Assembly (NCBI GenBank): GCA_018398765.1
Contig: JAHBMJ010000427.1
Span: 1-48,274, forward strand
Length of the DNA stretch: 48,274 nucleotides
DNA from: Chromera velia
Taxonomy: Eukaryota
Direction: 5' to 3'
Shown in pieces: positions 40,679 through 48,274 of the stretch. Below the pieces are notes generated by a model. That model had not been told where the DNA came from. It did not search any database and was given only the letters and a program-made list of their open reading frames with translations. The translations under genes were made by a program, and so were the position numbers. Each line of letters opens with the position of its first letter. Position 1 is the stretch's first letter.

Positions 40679-41752
40679 ATGCCAGGAGACAACTCCCAGG
40701 TTCCTGCAGCTGCCGGTGCTTCCCCTTCTCCTCCCAAGCCCCATGACTTCAACTGGGTGAACGAACTGAACTCCATAGAAGGTTTCGACCTTTGGAGGAG
40801 AGAGTTCCTGAAGTTTGCCAAGTTCCAGCTCAAGGCCAAGTTCATTCCGGATGATGATGAGAGGAAAGAGCTCTGGACCCTGGCGTTATTACGTGCTTTT
40901 AAGAAGTTCGACGACCTCAAAGACAGCACGCTCACCATCAAAGAGCAGGAGCAGAAGTTTGGGGAGGATCTTCTCGCCGCTGTCGCCGCTACGATTCTTG
41001 ATCCCAAGGAATCGGAGCGCAGACAGTTCGAGGAGAGGTACATTGCGATGAAGAGAGAGAGGGGAGACAACCTTTTCCAGGCCCTGGTGAAGGAGGACAA
41101 GCTCCTTGCCAAGGCAAAGGTGAAAGGCTACAAGCCTGATCCTTCCACTCAAAAGCGCACTCTTGAGAAGATGTGCTTGGACAAGGAGTGGCTGGATGGA
41201 GTGAGGAGGGCAGCCAGTGAATTAAAGAAGGAGTCCGATGCTCTGACGTATGCCGAGATCCGTCCCCGTCTCGTCGAGGATGCCAAGATCCTCCATGGGA
41301 AGAGGGTTGGCAGGCAGGTGGAGGAATCGTCCAAGCCCAAGATGACCCCACCTCCCAAGCACCAGGAGTTTTCTGGGGCGGCAGAGGGACGTGCGAAGAA
41401 GGGAAAGAAAGGAAAGGGGAAGAAGGGCAAGAGGGAAGTGACTCCCTCCCATGATGCCAATGCTGCTTCGTCCAGCAGCTCCCCATCCGGTCCCTCCGGT
41501 TCTCGCTGCTCCAGCTGCGGGTTTGTGCACAGGGGAGATAAGTGCCCTGCCAAGAACGCCACCTGCGGCATGAAAGACACGCCTGGGTGTGGGGAGAAGG
41601 GGCATTTTGTGAGCTGCTGCCCGAAGAAGAGACAGCGGGGGAGAGAGGCCGCCGGGGCAGCGATTCCACGAGTGCCCGGTACCACTTTTGACATGAGAAA
41701 GGGGGATGAATGGGACGAGATGTCCTCCTCCTCTGCCAGTTCGGGTTTGTGA
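40679..41752 (+). CDS. gag: Gag-like protein of the Copia element
   Basis: 357-aa ORF after the PBS with basic region and CSSCGFVH..KCPAKNATC...CGEKGHFVSCC knuckles. Confidence 0.88.
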   Translation: MPGDNSQVPAAAGASPSPPKPHDFNWVNELNSIEGFDLWRREFLKFAKFQLKAKFIPDDDERKELWTLALLRAFKKFDDLKDSTLTIKEQEQKFGEDLLAAVAATILDPKESERRQFEERYIAMKRERGDNLFQALVKEDKLLAKAKVKGYKPDPSTQKRTLEKMCLDKEWLDGVRRAASELKKESDALTYAEIRPRLVEDAKILHGKRVGRQVEESSKPKMTPPPKHQEFSGAAEGRAKKGKKGKGKKGKREVTPSHDANAASSSSSPSGPSGSRCSSCGFVHRGDKCPAKNATCGMKDTPGCGEKGHFVSCCPKKRQRGREAAGAAIPRVPGTTFDMRKGDEWDEMSSSSASSGL

Positions 41753-41841
41753 GTATCCCTGCCTCCGGGGGGCAAAGCAGCTCCTCCCCGGAACGCAGGG
41801 CAAATTCCAGAAGAGCTGCAAGGCGGGGGGGGTTCATTTGA

Positions 41842-44800
41842 GCCACCCTCCATAACGCTGAGAAGTTTGCTAATGATGAGTTTGATGAAGTGGTGGAGAA
41901 TAGACCAGTGCATCCTGTTGAGGCTTTTCTTATCGCTTTCGTAGGAGAAGAGGAAGACAACTGTCGGTCGGGATTGACTGACAGTGGTTGTTCTTTATCT
42001 CTTTTGTCTCCTTGCTGTGAGAAGTTTGTTGTGTCGGAAGAGAGTAGAACAGTGCAGTTCCGTCTCGCCTCTGACGTTGCAGGCCTCCAGAGTGATAAGG
42101 TAAAGACGTGTCACCTCCCCGTTAAAGACAAAACGGGAAGGGTGCGTCTGGTGCCTGAAAAAGCCGTCATTCACTCGTCCGTTGGTCGTACTCTTTTCGC
42201 GTGTGCAAAGAAAGAGCTTTATCTTGGGGGGGAAAGTGGGAGGCCGAGTTGGCTGAAACTTATTGACATCGATGGCAATCGTTTTGTTGCGCCTGTTGAT
42301 CAGTCTGGTTCCGTTCCCTTTGTTCTCTTTTTTAAGACTGAGGTGAAAGACCGATGGGGGGTGGCATCGGCGTACTTGAGGAGGAGTGCAGACATGGCAG
42401 TCCAGCTAGCCAAGTCTCTTCATTCTTATTTTTTCTCTGCGTGTGCGGGGGAAGGAAAAGATGAGACGTCTCTTTCTGCAGAAAATAGAAAGCATCTCCT
42501 GTATGTGCTGCATTCTCGTCTTGCGCACACAACGGGGGAGCGACTCCTTTTGATGTTGAGAGAGAAGGGGGTCGGTCTCTCGTACAGCCTGCAAGAGTGC
42601 AGGGATGTGCGGAGGGAGTGTAGAGCATGTCGGGAAGTCAACTTCCGCCGTCAGCGTTTGAAGCGTCGGGGGTGGAAGGCCAAGAAGCGTGGAAAGAGAA
42701 AGAGGGCTGGGGCAGAGAAGGCGCCCTCCGGAGTGGGGGGTGACGATGAGAGCAAGGGGAGTGATGAAGAGTCGTCTTCGGGGGATTGGCGTCCCTCGGA
42801 GAAGTTCAACAGGATCATTTACCACGACATCAAGGACATGAAGAAGAAGGGTTACGGGGGGTTCAGATACGTCTGCGTGATTGTTGATTGGAAGTTCCGT
42901 CGCGTCTCTCTGAAGGCCCTTCGGTCGAAGGACTATGCAGAGAGGCACCTTCTTTCGTGGATCCGCCGTTGGGAGGTTGCTGGTTTCGGAAAGCCTCTGA
43001 TTGTTCGGTCAGACAACGGTGGGGAGTTTTCGGGAGAGGAAGGGTATTTTTCGGTGTGTGAAAATGAGGGGGTTGATAATGAATTTGGCCCGCCAGGCAC
43101 TCCTGAGGTTCAGGCATTCGTAAAGAGAGCCAATTTGACCTTCATTTCTCTTTTGAACAAATTTTTATTGCAAGCACGCATTCCATTTTTCATGTGGCCG
43201 GCTGTCTTGCCGGGTGTTGCCAATGCACTGAATGATGTGGTGCACAATTCGATCGGCCGTTCTCCGAATGCGTGTATGTTTGGTCGGCCGTCTGGCGTTC
43301 CCTCCATTTCTTGCGGTGATGTTGTGCGCATCACTGACCCTTCTTTTCGTCGTTCCTCGCCCTCCGAAAAGAGTGAGCGTGTTCTTTTCGGGCGGGTAAT
43401 AGGGCCGAGGGTCGTTTCGGTTCTTTTCTGCCGGGGAGGGAGATGGAAGGCACTGCGGGTCCATCCATTTCACATCGTTCTAGAAGAGTGGGTTGGCGTA
43501 GGAACAAGAGACTTCGATGCCGACCGAAGGGGAATAGATGGAAGGAAGGAGCAGGAGATTCCCAGCAGAGAGTCAGATGGAGACTTCTGGGTTGGGTGGG
43601 ATGCCGATGATGACCGCACAGATGGGGTGGTCGGGTCTGATGATGCGTTGTCAGACCATGTGGATGCAGAGGGTGAGTTGCCTCCTGTAGATCTACCCAG
43701 AGGTGTTCGTTCCTCTGTGCTGAAGGGCGTTCTCGCGAGAGAGTCCAACGGTGCCCTCTTCCCTGCTCAGATAGTTAGGGAGGGGGAATAGCAGTTGAGG
43801 GGGGCGAGAATTGCGAGACTGAAGAAGCAGGAGGATGGTTCTTTTCGTCTTGCCGAGTTTGATCGAATCGCACAGAAAGACATCGTGGAGCCTTTTGATC
43901 TGCCTGCTGAGGGCAGACTCCCCGAGTCTATTCTGCAGCGCCTTGCAGAGGAGGCTCCACATCCAGAGCCCCCAGTCCCTCAGCCTGTCGCTAAGAACTC
44001 CGATCCCGTTGATGTTGACTTTCCATCCCCCCTTGATGGGGTGGTAGAGCAAGTTGCCGAAGAAGCGAGAGCAGCTGAGTTTGTTCGTTGGTCACAGATG
44101 ACAAAGAAACAAAGGAAAGCAGCAGTGAGAGAGAACAGAGAGAAGCGATGCAAGTTGACAGAGGAGCGGATAAGCAAGGCAATGGACACACACTTTGAAG
44201 TCGCATGTGCCGTCCTGAAAGCAGAGAGAGCGAGAAAGCTTTTGCAGAGAGAGAACAAAGCGAAAGGACACATTTTGGCCACCGAAGAGGAGATAGAGCA
44301 AGGTCTCTTCAAAGAGGCAGATCGGAAAGAGCTGGCCCGATGGTGTGTTTGTTCTGTTTTTGATTTGTCTTCGCAGACCTTGACTCCCCAGCCGGGGGTG
44401 AAGGGTATCACCCTCCGTTGGGTCCGGACGTGGAAGCTAAAGGAGAGGAAGAGAGTTGCAAAGTCGAGGCTCGTTGCCCGGGGGTTTCAGGACCCTCGAG
44501 ATTCAGAGCTTCTCGAAACCTACTCCAGGACTGCAGATGCAGGCCTGGCAAGGGTTGCGTTTGTTTGGGCCCTCAGTCGGGGGTGGCAAGCAGTGAAGGT
44601 CGATGTGTCGACTGCCTTCCTGCAGGCTCCGATCGGTGAAGGTGTGTGGCTTCATTTGCCTAATGACCTGCCGATTGAGGTCTATCCTGGCTTGCGTTGT
44701 GGGGTGTACATCAAGATTGTGAAGGCCGTCTACGGACTGGCCGATGCTCCCAAGTGTTACACCGATTTCTTCAAGAAGAAGGTTCATGGGCTGGGGTGGA

Positions 44801-45792
44801 CAGAGGTTTGTGAGTCGATTCTCGTGAAGAGAAACAGGAAGGGGGAGGCGATTGGTCTGATGGTGATGCACGTAGACGACCTGTTTGTGTTTTCTCCATC
44901 TGTCGATGACGACATAGCAGTAGTACGTACGATGTTCAACACAGATGAGCCTGAGCGCATGGACAACGGAGAGATGCACACCTATGTCGGCATGTCGGTG
45001 CGCATGAGGGATGGTGAGATGCTCCTTGATCAGAGCGTCTACATCATGAACATGGCAGAGTCTGTCAGTGCAGAAGCGAAGAAGCCGATCACAGACAAAG
45101 ACCTCCTTCTCCCGACCGAGAAGGATGTCGATCCTTCATTGCAGAAGGAGCAGCACAGAAATGTGGGAGCATTGGGATGGGCGGTTCGCACCCAGCCTAG
45201 CCTCTCATTTTTGTTTTCCCACCTGTCCCGCTCGAACACCCGTCCGTCTCTTGCCTCTGTGCTGGCTACTGAAAAAGCACTGTGGCACGCAAAGGTGACG
45301 GCCAAGCCTTTGAAGCTGAAAAAGGTGAGAGGGGTGCCCGTACTTGTTGTGTGGGTCGATGCGTCCTACCAATTAAGTTTGAGAGAGGGGAGATTGGGAT
45401 GGGAGATGCAGATCCTCGATCAAGAGGAGGTGGGTGATTTGGAGAGAGTGAGTAAGGACAACACCGTTGTGTGGGCGAGCAAGAAGTGCACTCGAAAGCT
45501 CGGGTCCACCACCACTGCAGAGTTGTTTGCGATGCGTGATGGTGTCAAGCTTTCCTTCAGTGTGTTCAACTTGATCAAGAAACTTTGGGGGGTGTTTCCC
45601 AAGGTTCTCGTTGTGAGTGATTCGCAGCCCTTAATAAATCAGTTGGCCAGCAGGCAGTGCAAGAGTGAGCCTCATCAGCAGGCTAAGCTTGAGTATGTCT
45701 TGCAGGAGTTGGCAGATTTGGGGGCAACGGTCAAGTGGGTGCCCACTGGTCAGCAGAGAGCTGATCGTCAGACCAAATTTTTGAAAGTCTGA
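41842..45792 (+). pseudogene. pol: Copia pol (protease, integrase, RT, RNase H) with one in-frame TAG at 43789-43791
   Basis: LTDSGCS; HSRLAH..CRAC, YHDI, RSDNGGEF; KSRLVARGF, DVSTAFLQ, KAVYGLADAP, HVDDL; VDAS, STTTAE, SDS, QRAD. ORFs 41890-43791 and 43795-45792 are in the same frame. Confidence 0.93.
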
Positions 45793-45865
45793 ACATTCTG
45801 GTGTTGGCGTTGCGTGCAGTCACATTCTGTGCGTGCGTGCATGAATGGAATTCATGGGGGGTGAT

Positions 45866-46292
45866 TGTGAATGTGATGGTCGGGGCGGGGCTGACGTGCG
45901 CGGCGCGATCAGATACCGCGGCGTGAATTCCTGGGGGGCTACGGCATGCGCGAGCGTGCGGGGGCCACGTGCTTTGCTGAGGAGACGGAGTTGATTCAGA
46001 CTGATTGATCTGATGGTTGTATGATTGAGAGTTGTCAGTCTGTTGTCGTACGTCAGACAGTGCAGATCGTAAGATAAACGGACATCGCGCATTTTAGACA
46101 CACGTTCTCGTAGGCAGCTTATGTGCGCATCTCGTCTCCAGCCTGAATTAATTGAGGCTTCTAGATCGATCAGCAAAGGAACCTCTCGGAAAGGGAGCAA
46201 TACATACGGTGAGTTTGAACAGACCCTTATATATCGTGTGCGTTGAGTAGCGGCAGCCTTCTAGACGTCTAGAGAACATTCATACCGTCATA
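45866..46292 (+). repeat. 3' LTR of Copia element
   Basis: Copy of 40192-40618. Confidence 0.95.
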
Positions 46293-46579
46293 AAATTTCC
46301 TAGTAAATTTCTGAGTTAATCTGCAAACTAATGTGCAAATTAAGGGCGTTAATTTCTTGAATTCTTCTAAATTGTTCTTTTGTTTTTGAAGTTGTGCTAT
46401 AGTTGTGCTGATCAATATGTTTTCTCTTCTGACAATTCACTGTTTAATTTCTAGTTTGATTTATTAAAATTCAATGGTATTTAATTTAGTAAGAAAAGGT
46501 TATGCTCTGAGATCTAGTCTGAGATTCGCTAGCCCCAAATCAAACCCATCATCAGAGCCTAATAATTCAAACGTGTAGG

Positions 46580-46990
46580 CTATGGTTCCTGGCTACCGTT
46601 CAGGACTCAGGCTTTCAAAGTTTCAATTAAGAGCCCTGTTCATCACTGAGTACATCACCGTCTGTTACACATCTATGAACCGGTAAAATAAAAAAACAGT
46701 CACTATTTTGACTATTCCTACGTTTCGATAGTAAACAGTAAAATAGTGGACTACTAGTATTTACTATTTGATACAAAAGAAATAATCCACTATTTTGACT
46801 ATTTTTACAAATGAGTCAGCACAGAAAATCTTGTTATAAAATAGAAAACTATTTTACTATTTTCACTATTTTTATATCCATTTTATACTTTCATTCAGTC
46901 ACTATGCAGTGTCACCAGAAATAGTCAAAATAGTTGATTATTTTCACTATTTTTACTATAAATTTTACATCTATTTTACACTTTCACATC
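46580..46990. mobile_element. Decayed DNA-transposon end with repeated ACTATTTT/AAAATAGT motifs
   Basis: Begins CTATGGTTCCTG, like the 29474 element end; about ten or more ACTATTT motifs in both orientations. Confidence 0.5.
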
Positions 46991-47269
46991 GATTTTCCCA
47001 TTTTTTTTGACCTTAAAATTTTTTAAATTCAATCAATCCTGTAATGATCTGTCCCCTTTTTTTCTTTCGCCTTTCCCTCATCCTCTCTCTACTAATTTAA
47101 AGCCAGTCAGACAGGCTGGGAGAGGCACCAAACAAAGTTGAATTCAAGTTGAGTGCCTGCTTCAGTGCTGCCAGTGCATGATAATCAGCTATACATAGTG
47201 GCGAAAGGCATGGAGAGAGGAAGAATGGGAAAAGTGGAAAAGTTTAACGGGACAGGAAAAGGAGAGAGA

Positions 47270-47650
47270 ATCGAAGGATGGAATGAAAGGAGGAAAAAAG
47301 GAAGGAAGGAAGGAAGGAAAGAAGGAAGGAAGGAAGGAAGGAAGAAAGAAAGAAAGAAAGGAAGAAAGGAAGAAAGGAAGAAAGGACGGAAGGAAGGAAG
47401 GAAGGAAGGAAGGAAGGAACCAGGGGAAAGAAGGAAGGAAGGAACCAGGGGAAGGAAGGAAGGAAGGAAAGAAGCAGTGGAAGGAAGGAAAAAACTGAAG
47501 AAAGGAAGAAAGGGATTAAGGAAGGAAGGAAGGAAGGAAGGAAGGAACTAGATAAAGGAAAGAAGGAACGAAGGAAGTAAAGAAGAAAGGAAGGAAAGAA
47601 GGAATGAAGGAAGTAAGGAAGAAAGGAAGGAAAGAAAGAAGGAAAGAAGA
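47270..47650. repeat. (GGAA)n/(GAAA)n microsatellite
   Basis: Seen directly. Confidence 0.95.
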
Positions 47651-48004
47651 TAGAACTGCAGAAGAGTCTCCTTTTTGTAAGAACAAGGGTCTGTGTCGCC
47701 AAGAAAAATGTCTGACATGCTGTTGTGTGGATGGGGACAGAGGAAAGAAAGAGAGGCCTCGACTGGGGGGAGGATACACTCACAGTGACTGCTCATGCGG
47801 TGGAACTGCTGAGGAGTCTCCTTCCTGTCAGCACGACGGCCCGTCTCGCCAAGGAAAAATGTCTGACATGCTTATGCACTTCCGCTTTGGCTTGTCGGTC
47901 GCTTTGTTCTGTGTGGAAGCGTCCTTGCGGTGAGTCCTTATTGTGTCGCTTGATCCCGTCCCATTTGACTGTCGAAGATCCCTTGATTCTTAGGGTAGGA
48001 AAGG

Positions 48005-48054
48005 CTCTCTCTCTCTCTCTCTGTCTGTCTGTCTGTCTCTCTCTCTCTTCTCTC

Positions 48055-48102
<48 letters not shown>

Positions 48103-48131
48103 CCTCTCTTCTCCTCTCCCTCTCCCTCTCT

Positions 48132-48166
<35 letters not shown>

Positions 48167-48274
48167 CCTTTTTCCCTCTTCATCTTTCTTCCTCTCCCTC
48201 TCTTCTCCTCTTCTTCTCTCTCTCCCATCATTCCCTCCCTCCCTCACCTAGTCCCTCACTCCCTCCCCCCCCCC
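48005..48274. repeat. (CT)n/(CTGT)n microsatellite
   Basis: Seen directly. Confidence 0.95.

Larger units (their letters stand above)
40192..46292 (+). mobile_element. Full-length Ty1/Copia LTR retrotransposon
   Basis: 427-bp LTRs, TSD AAATT (40187-40191, 46293-46297), PBS, G-rich PPT at ~45856-45864, order gag-PR-IN-RT-RH. Confidence 0.97.

Noticed and set aside
40989..41960. Long antisense ORFs over gag, and similar ones over 10480-12765 and 34576-36729
   Set aside because: Shadow ORFs of GC-rich coding sequence with no independent motifs.
47153..48247. RKEG-, SFLP- and RE-repeat ORFs
   Set aside because: Translations of microsatellites.

Overview
Eukaryotic, intron-rich genomic DNA with microsatellite-filled introns. 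The style and a bipartite plastid-targeting leader suggest a chromerid-type alveolate such as Chromera; this is inference. Host genes: a ~14-exon coiled-coil/low-complexity gene (-, 10480-19133), a plastid-targeted multi-exon gene (+, 19995-~25896), a secreted PLC-like phosphodiesterase (-, 33643-36729), a GT25-like glycosyltransferase (+, 37205-39683), an intronless bacterial-type GlmU-like left-handed beta-helix (LbH) gene (+, 9072-9788), and a possible 5' gene end at the left edge. Mobile DNA: a full-length decayed chromoviral Ty3/Gypsy element (26287-33143, termini CG..CG, TSD CTTAG) interrupted by a non-autonomous DNA transposon; a nearly intact Ty1/Copia element (40192-46292, termini TG..TA, TSD AAATT); and a nested cluster at 1.5-8.5 kb. 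The most notable object lies in that cluster: a decayed Merlin/IS1595-type transposase convergent with a phage-like HNH endonuclease remnant, inside a 21-bp inverted repeat and near a ~20-unit tandem array. LTR pairs differ almost only by C/T and G/A transitions, many at CpA/TpG, suggesting RIP-like or methylation-driven decay. All family calls come from motifs read by eye, not database searches.
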